Assembly (NCBI GenBank): GCA_021810145.1
Contig: JAJZJL010000001.1
Span: forward strand, 23,045 to 87,044
Direction: 5' to 3'
Length of the DNA: 64,000 nucleotides
From: Planctomycetota bacterium
Lineage (GTDB): Bacteria > Planctomycetota > Phycisphaerae > WQYP01
Shown here in pieces: positions 9,047-18,848 of this stretch. Made by a program: the position numbers and the translations under genes. Position 1 is the first letter of the stretch. Each line of letters starts with the position of its first letter. The notes beneath the pieces are model-generated. The model was not told the origin of the DNA. It saw only the letters and a program-made list of their open reading frames with translations, and made no database searches.

Positions 9047-9874
9047 TTGCAGCATTCGGCCTCGCGCGCGATGATCCAATTCATGGCAACACGTAAACAA
9101 TGGACACACGATGACCTGCTGGTGGCGTTCCGGCTTTATTGCCGCACGCCCTTCGGGCGGCTGCACCGGCTGAACCCGGAAATCATCAAACTCTCAGAGT
9201 TGATGGGACGCACACCATCGTCGGTGGGAATGAAGGCCTGTAATTTCGCCAGCCTGGACCCGGTTCAGCAAGCCCGGCAAATCAAGGGCCTCGGAAACGT
9301 CAGCCGTGATGACCGACAACTTTGGGAAGCATTTCAAGAAAATGCGGAAGCCACAGCCGCCGAAGCGGAAGCCGCCTATGCACGGCTCGTTGGGAACCAA
9401 ACGCCGCCCGCCGAAAATGAATTAGCTGCCGACGCCGAACTCGTGCCGCCAACCGGCCCGACGGAAGAATTGCGTACGGTTCGCGCCCGGCGCGTGCAGG
9501 GATTTTTCCGCGCGGCGGTACTGGCCAGCTATAATTTTCGATGTGCGATATCCGGAATCGCCCTTCCGGAACTACTCAATGCGAGTCACATCATACCTTG
9601 GCAGAAAGACACGAAACGCCGCGCTGATCCGCGCAACGGAATTGCCCTGAACGCCCTTTACGACCGGGCATTTGATCGCGGCTTAATTACATTCGATGAA
9701 TCGTTCCGGTTGGTTCTCTCCGCGCGGCTGAGGGCTAAGGCTAAAAGCCAGAGCGTGCCGGAGCAACTAAAACACTGGTTCTACACACTGGAGGGGACGA
9801 AGATAAATCTCCCCAGACGCTTCACCCCCGATCCAGACGCATTGGCATTTCACCGCGAGACAATTTTTCGTTGA
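9047..9874 (+). CDS. HNH endonuclease (PF13391/HNH_2-like, WTxxELLxAxxLY N-domain plus C-terminal HNH)
   Basis: WTHDDLLVAFRLYCRTPFGRLHRLNPEIIKLSELMGRTPSSVGMKACNFASLDP N-domain and FRCAISGI...NASHIIPW...NGIALNALYDRAFDRGLITF C-terminal nuclease motif. Confidence 0.7.
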   Translation: MQHSASRAMIQFMATRKQWTHDDLLVAFRLYCRTPFGRLHRLNPEIIKLSELMGRTPSSVGMKACNFASLDPVQQARQIKGLGNVSRDDRQLWEAFQENAEATAAEAEAAYARLVGNQTPPAENELAADAELVPPTGPTEELRTVRARRVQGFFRAAVLASYNFRCAISGIALPELLNASHIIPWQKDTKRRADPRNGIALNALYDRAFDRGLITFDESFRLVLSARLRAKAKSQSVPEQLKHWFYTLEGTKINLPRRFTPDPDALAFHRETIFR

Positions 9875-10015
9875 TGCGGCCGGGCGAACGGCGGAGCTGC
9901 GGGAGCCGCCCGTGGCGCGCGTTCAAAGGCTCGACGCTCCAGGATTCCCCGTTGGCCAACCTACCGGCAGAAAAAGGGTTGGACGCATAAATGCTAATGT
10001 GTGCAAAACACACGC

Positions 10016-10060
10016 GTGAGGGCGAAGCAATAAATGCGGGCTGGGTACCCTCACTTTTTT
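10016..10060 (+). terminator. candidate rho-independent terminator: GTGAGGG...CCCTCAC stem followed by TTTTTT
   Basis: Stem arms at 10016-10022 and 10048-10054, T6 at 10055-10060; sits between the convergent HNH and PIN-like genes. Confidence 0.45.
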
Positions 10061-10073
10061 ATTGCGCATGATC

Positions 10074-10628
10074 CTATGGCCCATCGGTCATTCCCGCGCC
10101 GCCGAGCTTTTCCTGAAATCCTTTTTTCGTCCACTCTTCCCGGTATTGTAGCGTGAATTTGCGCTGCAGTTTCCGCCCTGACCCTATCCGCTGAAGTATT
10201 TCCTCAAGTGAAATGCCCTGCTCCGCCCGGCTAAGATTTCCCAGAACACGGAATACGATTTTATCCGCGGAACAGATTTGGCACTCATCGGATTGTCGAA
10301 GCAGGTACGCCAGAGATTCCGTCTCGCCGGGGTCAAGTTTTTCAAAATATCCGGGTGAAAATCTGGCGCGAAGGCCGCTGATATCGGTTGGTGTAAGGCT
10401 GAACACGTTAATGGCACGGGATTCGGTGAACGCGGACAGATTAATGTCGTGGCGGTTGCCCTCGGCATCTTCGAAGAATTGGGCCTCATCAATGACCGTC
10501 TGCGCAAGGTGTATATCACATGCGGCAACGATGCGATCCCACAATCCATGGCGCGATATTTCGATTATGACATTGGCATCAAACAGAAGAAACCTGAACT
10601 TCTTCACCGTTCGGAACCTCCTGTTCAA
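10074..10628 (-). CDS. DUF4411/PIN-like nuclease-domain protein, partner of the upstream HTH-ImmA regulator
   Basis: FRFLLFDANVIIE acidic PIN-like N-terminus; overlaps the upstream ImmA-family gene by about 30-50 nt (co-operonic); DUF4411 is habitually linked to COG2856 proteins. Confidence 0.5.
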   Translation of the reverse strand: MNRRFRTVKKFRFLLFDANVIIEISRHGLWDRIVAACDIHLAQTVIDEAQFFEDAEGNRHDINLSAFTESRAINVFSLTPTDISGLRARFSPGYFEKLDPGETESLAYLLRQSDECQICSADKIVFRVLGNLSRAEQGISLEEILQRIGSGRKLQRKFTLQYREEWTKKGFQEKLGGAGMTDGP

Positions 10629-11694
10629 TGAAGCGCATGGCTTGCTGCCGTGAAATATTCAGATACTCCGCGAAGCGGCCGATCGCCATTTCGCCGCGGC
10701 GCATGGCCCTGACTGCCAGCGCACGGTAGCGTGCCGGCCACGGATGAAGGGGCTTGCGGTCCTCACGATCCTCAAGCAACGGCGACAGTGTTCTGGCCCT
10801 TTCGATATCCCGTCTGGTTTGATCGGCGCCGGCGTGCCCACGGCCGTACAAAATATGCATGCGCCACAGGACAGAATCCACTGATACGTCGAACTCGCGC
10901 GCAACGTCGTGTAACGACTCAATTGTTATTTTGTCACTATGTGTGCGGGCACTGATGGCGGAGCGGAATGGATCAGCGGGAAGCAAAAGGTTGGCCGCGA
11001 AGCATGTGGCCAACTTTTCCTCCCACTCGCGGGTAATTATTTGCTCCCCAGTGGTTGGATGAAATAGCTGCCAGGTCAGCAGATGAAACAGCTCATGCGC
11101 CAGATCATGGTTACGTCGCCATCGGGTATTTTGAGAATTCAGCAGAATGGCCGCACCAAGGGAATCCGTGACGGTCGCCGCCGCGGTACCGGAAGGTTCA
11201 AAACTCAGGTGAAAAATCTTCACCCCGCAGACTTCCTCAAGCGTAGCCAACAGGGACAGGCCGGGGCGGTCGCCCAGTTGCAATTCACAGCGAACGCGCT
11301 TGGCCAATTCTTCGGCTTGTGCGTACGAATAAGTTGCGGGATCGCCGGTGGCACAGGGCAGGCTGATTGGCGCAGATTCGTCACACCATATTTCGAGGTT
11401 ATGGTATTGCTCACAGAGGCGGAGGAATTGAACCTCAATTTCCGCCGCATTCTTCTCCGGCCGTTCGCGCCACAATACTGTTGGCTGGACTTCCAATGGG
11501 CCTTCAGTAAGAAAGAAAGCGACCGAGCGTTTGCAGGCGTCGGCCAATTTGCGCAATTGGCTCAGGCTCGGCTCCCGCTTTCCATTCTCAAATTCCGAAA
11601 GCGATGATTCACCAATACCGGTCCTTTCTCTAACCTGCGCCAGCGAAAGGTTGGCTCGTTGTCGTGCGTACTTAATACGGTCGTGAATTGCCAT
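10579..11694 (-). CDS. XRE-family HTH transcriptional regulator fused to an ImmA/IrrE (COG2856) zinc metallopeptidase domain
   Basis: N-terminal IKYARQRANLSLAQVRERTGIGESSLSEFENGKREPSLSQLRKLADAC helix-turn-helix; HDLAHELFHLL contains the HExxH zinc motif; FAANLLLP is the ImmA family C-motif. Confidence 0.8.
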   Translation of the reverse strand: MAIHDRIKYARQRANLSLAQVRERTGIGESSLSEFENGKREPSLSQLRKLADACKRSVAFFLTEGPLEVQPTVLWRERPEKNAAEIEVQFLRLCEQYHNLEIWCDESAPISLPCATGDPATYSYAQAEELAKRVRCELQLGDRPGLSLLATLEEVCGVKIFHLSFEPSGTAAATVTDSLGAAILLNSQNTRWRRNHDLAHELFHLLTWQLFHPTTGEQIITREWEEKLATCFAANLLLPADPFRSAISARTHSDKITIESLHDVAREFDVSVDSVLWRMHILYGRGHAGADQTRRDIERARTLSPLLEDREDRKPLHPWPARYRALAVRAMRRGEMAIGRFAEYLNISRQQAMRFIEQEVPNGEEVQVSSV

Positions 11695-11999
11695 AACCGC
11701 TCCTGTGCCTGTCCAATCTTACTTCCATTTCACAGAATAATTATACGCTATAGTTTGTGATATGCAATCATAATATTCTATATTACAGAACATTTTCGAT
11801 ATTACAATCTTTTAATTCGCATTATGCAAATTTACGCGGCGGATCAGGTTCACCTTTCTTACTTCGCCAATGTACCCTGGGCGATGCGTTCCAGACTCAA
11901 TTGTGGCCAAAAATATCAGCAGGCTTACCGGCCAGGTACTTTGGAATCCAAATCACCGGTAACCGTTGTTGGACTTCCCCGCGGATACACGCTGCGGGG

Positions 12000-14900
12000 T
12001 CAGGTGAATTTTGCCCAGCGGGCGGCCAGGGTGGGCAGGATGATCAGGTTCAGGAGGGTGGACGTAAACAGGCCGCCGACGATGACCTGGGCTAACGGTC
12101 CTTCGATTTCCCGGCCCGGAGCACCGGAACCCAGGGCCAGCGGCAGCAGGCCCAGTGCGGCTACCAGAGCGGTCATTAAAATCGCCGGCAGGCGATCAAC
12201 CGCGCCTTCTATGGATGTTTCAATATTCCAGGTTCTGTTTTCACGCGCTACCAGGTGCTGATAATGGGACAGGAGCATAATGGAATTGCGCAGGGTAATG
12301 CCAAAGAGCGTGATAAACCCCACCAGAGCGCCCAGCGACAATACCCCCCCGCTCACGAACGCCGCCAGCACGCCGCCCACCAGTGCCAGCGGCAGGTTGA
12401 TCAACAGCAGCAGCACGTTGTTGATGTTTCTCAGCACAATAAACAGCAAAAGCAAGATGCCAACCAGCGCAATGCCGGAATGCACCAGCAGGTCGTGTTG
12501 CGCTTTGACCGCGGCCTGAGCCGAGCCGGTGAAATTGACCAGCACTCCGGCGGGAATATGAAGGCTGGCAATGGCGTGCCGGGCCGCTTTGACAAATTGC
12601 CCGGCGGTTGTACTTTTCAGATGAATGTTAATGCTCTGCGCACGCTGGCCGTTGATATGGGAAATGCGGTAAAAGCCGCGACCTTCATATATTCGCACCA
12701 CGTCGGAAAGCGGAATCCAAGTGCCGCCGGGGGTGTGGATAGGAAGTTTGCGGATCAGGGAAACACGATGGGCAAATTGCGGCGTCATGGTAACCACCAC
12801 GGGCCAGATACGTGTGCCATGATAGATATGTCCCACCGTGCGGCCGCGGATGAGCATGTGGACGCGGGCCAGCACGGCCAGCGGAGATAAACCCCAGCGC
12901 CGGAGTTGTCTGCGGCGCAACCGCAACTGAATTTCCGGCGCGTTCCACGCCGTCTGCGGGGCCACGCTGCGCGCACCGGGAAGCTTCCGCAGGCAGGCCG
13001 TAATCATGGTTGAGGCTTTTTCAATGGCGGCAAAATGATTGCCGATCACCTGCACCGCCACCGGCGCGCCGGAGCCGGAAAGCGTTTCATTGATGCGCTC
13101 GGATAAAACCGTATTGTAATACAGCAACACGCCGGGGAATTTCCTGATCAGCCGCGCCATATCCGCACGAAATTTCCGGGCCTGCCGAGAGGAAAGCGAT
13201 TTTATGCGAATAAGATATTCACTGTATTGCGGCCCGAGAACATCGCCGGCAAGATTGGATCTGCCGGAGCGCTGTTCCACTTCCTGAATATAGGGAATCC
13301 GGCGTAAATCCGCAGTAACACGATTACCAATGGCAATGGATTGACTCAGTGAAGACCCCGCCGTCAGAACCAGGTGCACCACATAATTGCGTTCATTGAG
13401 GCGCGGAAAAAATTCAGTTTTCAGGCTCGGCAGCAGTATCAATCCAGCGAGCGTAACCATTGCCACCAATGCGATAACCGCTTTTCGCCAGCGTTCCACA
13501 AAAGTCAGCAGCCGCCGATACGCGGTTTTGATATGGCTGGTCAGCCAGGCGTCGTGGCGGCTTACGGCCACCTGGGGTAATAAAGTCATACACAGCGCGG
13601 GAGTCAGTGTCAGGGCCAGAATCAGCGAGGATATGACCGCGGCAATGTAGGCCACACCCAGCGGAGCAAAGAACCGCCCCGCCAGACCGCCGAGGCCAAA
13701 AATCGGCAGAAACACCAGAATAACGGCAAAGGTGGCGAACACGACAGCGCTTCGCACTTCCAGCGATGCATGCAGGATCACAGCCAGCGCATGGCGCGGC
13801 ACTTCCGCCAGCGCGTTGATGCGCAGGCGGCGCGTAATGTTTTCCACATCAATGACCGCATCATCAACAACTTCACCAATGGCCACAGCCAATCCGCCCA
13901 TGGTCATGGTGTTAATCGTATCGCCAAGATGAATCAGAATCGCAATGGCCGCCAGCAGAGAAAGCGGAATGGCCAGGCAGGAAATAAGACTGGTGCGCCA
14001 ATCGCCAAGAAACAGCGCCAGCACCAGAATAACCAGTCCGGCACCAATCAGCAGCGAATCAATGAGATTGTGCAGGGCAACGGTGATAAAATCGGCGCTT
14101 TGCAGAATTTTTCCATGCAGAACAATGCCCTGCTGGGCCAACAGCGGTTGCAGGGAATTCAACGCTTTCGTTACGCCGGCACTTACGCGCAGCAGGTTCG
14201 AGCCATACGCCTGTCCGATCATCAGCAGCACGCCGGGCTTTTGCATGATGGAAACCGCGCCAACCTGCGGCAAGTGGCTCAAGCGGATATGGGCCACATC
14301 GGCCAGCGTGATAACCTGCGTGCCATGCACCGCCACAGTTGTTTCACCGAGTTGTTTTAACGATTGAATTTGCCCATGCGCCCGCAGGGTCATATCCTGA
14401 TTGGGTGTGGTAATAAACCCCGCTCCCATCAGGCCGGTGGCCCCGCGCGCCGCGGCAAGCACCTGTTGCACGGTTAAATGGTATTGAATCAACCGGGCCG
14501 GAATGACTTCGATGCGGTAATCTTTCTGCAGGCCGCCATAAATAGCCACCTCGGATACGCCGTGTACGGCCAGAAGTCGCGGTTGCATAACCCAATCGGC
14601 AACGGTGCGCAAGCGGCGGAGGTCATTGGTTTTGCTGGTAATGCCAACCACCGTAACCCAGCGAACGGAACTGCTCAGCGGCATAAGCACGGGCGTATCA
14701 ACCGTGGGCGGCAGGGTTCCGGCCACCTGTGCCAGGCGCTGCGAAACCGCCTGTTGATCGCGGTAAATATCTGATCCGCTGGGAAACAGCACCTTAACAA
14801 TGGATATGCCCTGCAGAGAATTGGAAAATGTTTTTTCCGCACCGACGCCACCGGCCAGCGCCTGTTCAATGGGCGTGGTAACAAGTTTTTCCACCTGACG

Positions 14901-15074
14901 CGGACTGTATCCGGGGGCAAGCGTCTTGATTTTTAATTGCGGCTGAATGAAATTCGGATAAACATCATAGCGGGCGCGGGCAATGGAATATACGCCATAG
15001 CCCATAAGAATACAGGCCAGGGCAATAATAATGCCCCGAAAATGCAGAGCAAAGTTTACAATCCGTTTAAGCAT
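12000..15074 (-). CDS. czcA: heavy-metal/cation RND efflux pump, inner-membrane permease (CzcA/CusA family)
   Basis: 1024 aa with the 12-TM RND topology and CzcA-like periplasmic loops. Confidence 0.85.
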   Translation of the reverse strand: MLKRIVNFALHFRGIIIALACILMGYGVYSIARARYDVYPNFIQPQLKIKTLAPGYSPRQVEKLVTTPIEQALAGGVGAEKTFSNSLQGISIVKVLFPSGSDIYRDQQAVSQRLAQVAGTLPPTVDTPVLMPLSSSVRWVTVVGITSKTNDLRRLRTVADWVMQPRLLAVHGVSEVAIYGGLQKDYRIEVIPARLIQYHLTVQQVLAAARGATGLMGAGFITTPNQDMTLRAHGQIQSLKQLGETTVAVHGTQVITLADVAHIRLSHLPQVGAVSIMQKPGVLLMIGQAYGSNLLRVSAGVTKALNSLQPLLAQQGIVLHGKILQSADFITVALHNLIDSLLIGAGLVILVLALFLGDWRTSLISCLAIPLSLLAAIAILIHLGDTINTMTMGGLAVAIGEVVDDAVIDVENITRRLRINALAEVPRHALAVILHASLEVRSAVVFATFAVILVFLPIFGLGGLAGRFFAPLGVAYIAAVISSLILALTLTPALCMTLLPQVAVSRHDAWLTSHIKTAYRRLLTFVERWRKAVIALVAMVTLAGLILLPSLKTEFFPRLNERNYVVHLVLTAGSSLSQSIAIGNRVTADLRRIPYIQEVEQRSGRSNLAGDVLGPQYSEYLIRIKSLSSRQARKFRADMARLIRKFPGVLLYYNTVLSERINETLSGSGAPVAVQVIGNHFAAIEKASTMITACLRKLPGARSVAPQTAWNAPEIQLRLRRRQLRRWGLSPLAVLARVHMLIRGRTVGHIYHGTRIWPVVVTMTPQFAHRVSLIRKLPIHTPGGTWIPLSDVVRIYEGRGFYRISHINGQRAQSINIHLKSTTAGQFVKAARHAIASLHIPAGVLVNFTGSAQAAVKAQHDLLVHSGIALVGILLLLFIVLRNINNVLLLLINLPLALVGGVLAAFVSGGVLSLGALVGFITLFGITLRNSIMLLSHYQHLVARENRTWNIETSIEGAVDRLPAILMTALVAALGLLPLALGSGAPGREIEGPLAQVIVGGLFTSTLLNLIILPTLAARWAKFT

Positions 15075-15105
15075 CTTACATCCATCAATGACCTCGGTTC
15101 CGGCA

Positions 15106-16287
15106 TCAGCCTGATTTTTTGAGCGTGGAACTTAATTTAATTGTCAGCAGCAGTTGGGCACCGCGGGAAACAATGCGCCTTTCCGGCAGCGATCCATTTT
15201 TTACCGCGTAGCCGGCCGGTACGCTCAGCGGATGAATCAATTCGCGCATCGTGAAAACGCCTTTACCGCGGGCCGCAAATACCCAGCGTTCCCCCTCCCA
15301 CCAGATTACCGCCGAACGCGGAACAATGGTCATGGTCACCGATTTGGCGGTTTTCGGGATCCATGCGGTAATGGCCATGCCGGGCCGCAGCGTGCCGGGA
15401 TTATCCATCACATATAACATGGTCAGCCCGCGCGTTTGCCGGTCGGCCTGCGGGCCAAGGGTAAGCGGTTGGGCTTTAAGCCAGTGCCGGTGGCCCAACG
15501 CCCGCACATGAGCAATCGTGCCGGCGGCAATGCGGCCGGAGTCGGAAGCGGGTAATGCCACCGCGGCCAGAAGCGTGTGAAAATCTTCAATTTTCAGCAG
15601 CGGTTGATCAGCGGCCACCGCTTCGCCCGGATGTGCCAGAATCGCTGTAACCATGCCGGACTGGAAAATCGGCAGCGGCAGAAAGCCACCGGTTCTGGTT
15701 TTCAATTGCCGAGATATGGCGGCAATACTTTGAAAATCAGCCTGCACGCGGGCCGCAGCGCCCGCGAAAGCCGCATGCGCCGCCTGCACACGCTGCAGGG
15801 ATACGGCCTTGTTCCGGGCGTAAAGAGATTGTTCGCGGTGATATGCGGCGGCGGCGGCTGATTGCGCCACCCGGGCCGCCAGCAGATCAGCTTTTACCTT
15901 GGTAAGCTCAAGAGCCAGTGTAATATTCAGAGTCGTGGACACCACCGGCTTTATTCCCGCCAGGCTGCTGCCGCGGACGACATGTGTCCCGATCTGCGGC
16001 CAGGCTTTGCCATGCAGGTGTACCACCACGCCCGCCAACGGCGAAGCCAGTATCCAACGCGCTCGGGGATTGGCTCGCAGTTCACCATACAGCGTTATCA
16101 TGGGACGAATGGCGGCGGCTTTGATTTCCGCGGTTTGAATATTCAGCGATTTTTCCTGCGCTCTGGTGAGATGTATATTTGCCGCAGCTCGCGGCCCCGC
16201 ACCGGCAAGCCCTGGTTGCGCCAGCAGAGCGGCCCCAACAAGGGACACCCATTGCAAAGACCTTTTTTTACGTTGTGCAGCAATCAT
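15106..16287 (-). CDS. czcB: RND efflux periplasmic adaptor (membrane fusion protein, CzcB/CusB-like)
   Basis: Signal/TM N-terminus, coiled-coil hairpin and beta-barrel regions; 4-nt overlap with czcA-side neighbour as in efflux operons. Confidence 0.75.
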   Translation of the reverse strand: MIAAQRKKRSLQWVSLVGAALLAQPGLAGAGPRAAANIHLTRAQEKSLNIQTAEIKAAAIRPMITLYGELRANPRARWILASPLAGVVVHLHGKAWPQIGTHVVRGSSLAGIKPVVSTTLNITLALELTKVKADLLAARVAQSAAAAAYHREQSLYARNKAVSLQRVQAAHAAFAGAAARVQADFQSIAAISRQLKTRTGGFLPLPIFQSGMVTAILAHPGEAVAADQPLLKIEDFHTLLAAVALPASDSGRIAAGTIAHVRALGHRHWLKAQPLTLGPQADRQTRGLTMLYVMDNPGTLRPGMAITAWIPKTAKSVTMTIVPRSAVIWWEGERWVFAARGKGVFTMRELIHPLSVPAGYAVKNGSLPERRIVSRGAQLLLTIKLSSTLKKSG

Positions 16288-17708
16288 GGTCTGGTTCCTT
16301 TCGGCATGGCCGGCGTATGACCCAGCGGCTTTTCCAGAAGCGATTCAAGATTTCCCAGCGCCAGAACCGCCGAGCGCCTGGCCCGCAGAGCCGCCTGGGC
16401 AAAGGTGTTAAGCGCCAATTGCGATTCCGATAGTGCAAGGCGGCTTTGGGCTCCGGCCTGGAAACCGCGGCGGGTGGCCCGCAACTGTGTGCGGGCCTGA
16501 ATTTCAATGGCATTGGCGGTGTGCCATTGCCGTAACGCCGACCGGTATTGCGATAACGCCGAACGAATCCGTGTGATCACGGCGGTTTGCTTGCGCATTA
16601 ATTCAGCGGCGATAATCAGGCGGTGCGCATTGGCGGCGGCGATGGCTCCCTGATTCTGATTAAAAACCGGCAGAGCCATGGTAAAGCCCAGGGTAAAGTC
16701 GTTGGCCCCCTGATTGAAACTGTAGCCAGGGCCAAGCTGAATATCGGGATATTGCCGGGCAATCTGCAATTTCAACTCTGCCTCCGCAGCCTGATATTGC
16801 GCCAGTAAAGATTGAATATCCATGCGATTCAGCAGTGCCGCACGGCTCAACCGTTTTATATTCAAGCTTTGCGCGGGCGGTGTGTGCATGAGTTGCGCAT
16901 GGGAAATGTGCACACCGGCCAAGGCCCGCAGCGGCATGGATAGCGCTGCGGCCAGCGCAATGCGGCGCTGCCGCACCTGTCCCTGCGCCGCCACCAGCGC
17001 CAGCGCCGCCTGACGGGCTTGAATTTCCGCGGCGATATAAACGGGGCGGGAAATATCACCGGCCTGAAATCGCGCTTTGATCAGGCTTTGAATCATCGAG
17101 GTGTTGCGTACCTGCTGGCGCAGCAATGCCAAACGCCTGCGGGCAAATAGATAATCAATGAGTGTGAGTCTGACGCGTTGCCGCACATTCCAGGCCGCTT
17201 CCCCAAGATCAAACCGGCCCGCCCGCGTCAGTGCCGCGGCCTGCGCCATACGGTCCTGCCGGCGCCCGGCGGTTTCAATGGGAATATTAAAGTTAAAGCC
17301 TAAAATCCATGGCGAAATGCCCGGACCGGCTTTGGCGGCATAGGTTGGGGATAAGGCAACGGTTGGATTGGGCGATTGCCCCGCGGAAATCATATTGGCG
17401 TTATCCAGCGCCAGTTGTGCCAATTGCACGCGCAAGGCGGGGCTGTAATACCACGCGGCCGCCACGAGTGTGCTTAACGTCTGCACGTGAGGAAATCCCG
17501 GTTGAAGTTTAATGGGTTGCCGGGCGATAAATGCTTTGAGTTGCGGGTTGGTCAGGGATCGTGCGTGAAAACGGCTTTGAAAGGCCGCCGGCTTTAACGG
17601 CCGGGCATGATAAGTTGCACAACCCGCCAGCGTCAGGCTGATCAGGCCTGATACCAGGAACCTACCGTGCGCCCGCCGCCGTTGTGAAATTAGCCGCCTT
17701 TTTATCAC
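16284..17708 (-). CDS. czcC: outer-membrane efflux protein (TolC/CzcC family) with lipoprotein signal (LTLAGC)
   Basis: LAGC lipobox and duplicated OEP helical repeats. Confidence 0.75.
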   Translation of the reverse strand: MIKRRLISQRRRAHGRFLVSGLISLTLAGCATYHARPLKPAAFQSRFHARSLTNPQLKAFIARQPIKLQPGFPHVQTLSTLVAAAWYYSPALRVQLAQLALDNANMISAGQSPNPTVALSPTYAAKAGPGISPWILGFNFNIPIETAGRRQDRMAQAAALTRAGRFDLGEAAWNVRQRVRLTLIDYLFARRRLALLRQQVRNTSMIQSLIKARFQAGDISRPVYIAAEIQARQAALALVAAQGQVRQRRIALAAALSMPLRALAGVHISHAQLMHTPPAQSLNIKRLSRAALLNRMDIQSLLAQYQAAEAELKLQIARQYPDIQLGPGYSFNQGANDFTLGFTMALPVFNQNQGAIAAANAHRLIIAAELMRKQTAVITRIRSALSQYRSALRQWHTANAIEIQARTQLRATRRGFQAGAQSRLALSESQLALNTFAQAALRARRSAVLALGNLESLLEKPLGHTPAMPKGTRP

Positions 17709-17862
17709 AAACCAAATCTAGTGACTTGTTCATGGCAAGTCAACTGCGGCGGGTCGGACAGTAGCCGTGTGGCCGTGGATGGTATTGCGATAAGGTTTTT
17801 TGTTGTGGCTGTCGGTATGGAAAGCCTGGCATCGATGATGCGCAACGGTGCAGTAACCGCCA

Positions 17863-17906
17863 TTGACAGATACCAAACAAAATGCTAACATACAGGTGGT
17901 ATGGAA
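17863..17906 (+). promoter_or_regulatory. sigma70-like promoter TTGACA-17 nt-TAACAT with overlapping palindrome CATACaggtgGTATG (17889-17903); candidate repressor (possibly SOS) operator of imuA
   Basis: -35 at 17863-17868, -10 at 17886-17891, perfect 5+5 inverted repeat spanning the -10 and +1 position, AGGAA RBS before the ATG at 17926. Confidence 0.45.
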
Positions 17907-17925
17907 ATCAGGAATAGACAACACC

Positions 17926-18702
17926 ATGGCCGCCAAACTGACTTTTGCCGATTTGGTGCAGGATTCCGCCCGCATTATCCAGAAGCTTGAACCGCAGGCG
18001 CCGATACCTTGTGCCGCACCGCCAACCATGCCGCAAGGTGATGATACTTTCACAGAGTTGCCGGAATTATGCATTGGCATTCATGAATGGTTTTATGGCG
18101 AAACCCCGGATACAAGCCCCGGCACGCCCCATTACCACGTACCGCCGAGGTCCGGGGATCGTCCATGGTGGCCGGCGGCCCTTACACTGATGGCATGGAT
18201 GGCGGGCCGGATAATGCGGCAATCGGAACACAAATATCTTTTCTGGATCGGCGGTGCGCAATTTCTGCCAACCATTCAACTGTTGGCGGCCATTTTGCCG
18301 GGCCACCGCCTGATCGAACGCTGCATTTTTATTGATCCCCCCAACCAGTCTGACCGCATCTGGACCATTGATCAGACACTGCGGTCCGGTGCGGCGGCTG
18401 CGGTTATCGCAAATGGCGCCGGAGCGGATATGGCCGCCAGCCGCAGGTGGCAACTGGCGGCAACGGCCGGTGGTGTGTGCGGCCTGCTGGCCCGTCCGCC
18501 ATGGGAAATGCACGCCCCCTGCCTGTCTGTCACCCGCTGGCACGTTCAACCCGCCCCCACCCACACCAGCAATCCGCACTGGCATGTGCGATTGCTGCGC
18601 TGCAAGCCACCGATGGCGGCCATGGCCGCGGATCGACAATGGATTGTGCAATGGTCTTATGATCCGGACAATGGACAGGGAGAAATCAAGCCCGGCACCT
18701 GA
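17926..18702 (+). CDS. imuA: ImuA (SulA/RecA-fold SOS-mutasome accessory protein)
   Basis: IHEWFYG, KYLFWIGG, RCIFIDPPNQSDRIWTIDQTLRSGAAAAVIANGAGADMAASRRWQLAATAGGVCGLLARPPWE and VTRWHV...PHWHVRLLRCK each match a conserved ImuA block (LHEV; VLWC; RVIYAE...GLRHPGLAGVVGEV..MTASRRLQLAAE.SGVTALAVRRWP; ATRWRV...PRWRVELMRAR). Confidence 0.7.
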   Translation: MAAKLTFADLVQDSARIIQKLEPQAPIPCAAPPTMPQGDDTFTELPELCIGIHEWFYGETPDTSPGTPHYHVPPRSGDRPWWPAALTLMAWMAGRIMRQSEHKYLFWIGGAQFLPTIQLLAAILPGHRLIERCIFIDPPNQSDRIWTIDQTLRSGAAAAVIANGAGADMAASRRWQLAATAGGVCGLLARPPWEMHAPCLSVTRWHVQPAPTHTSNPHWHVRLLRCKPPMAAMAADRQWIVQWSYDPDNGQGEIKPGT

Positions 18703-18848
18703 ATTGCACCGGAGCAAATCCGCCGGCTGCACCCCCCAAAAAGCCACCACATGGCCTTCCCGCATTATTTCTTTAGGCATTTCCAGACCAGCCATGCGAA
18801 GGGCAATCGAGCTATCCGAAAATCTCAGGCGCTGCTATACTCACCCTT

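Noticed and set aside
12255-14360. Several 140-211-aa plus-strand ORFs (12255-12890, 13770-14360, 13945-14367) inside czcA
   Set aside because: Antisense to a clearly real 1024-aa RND pump gene; Q/H/R-rich low-complexity translations typical of GC-rich antisense frames.
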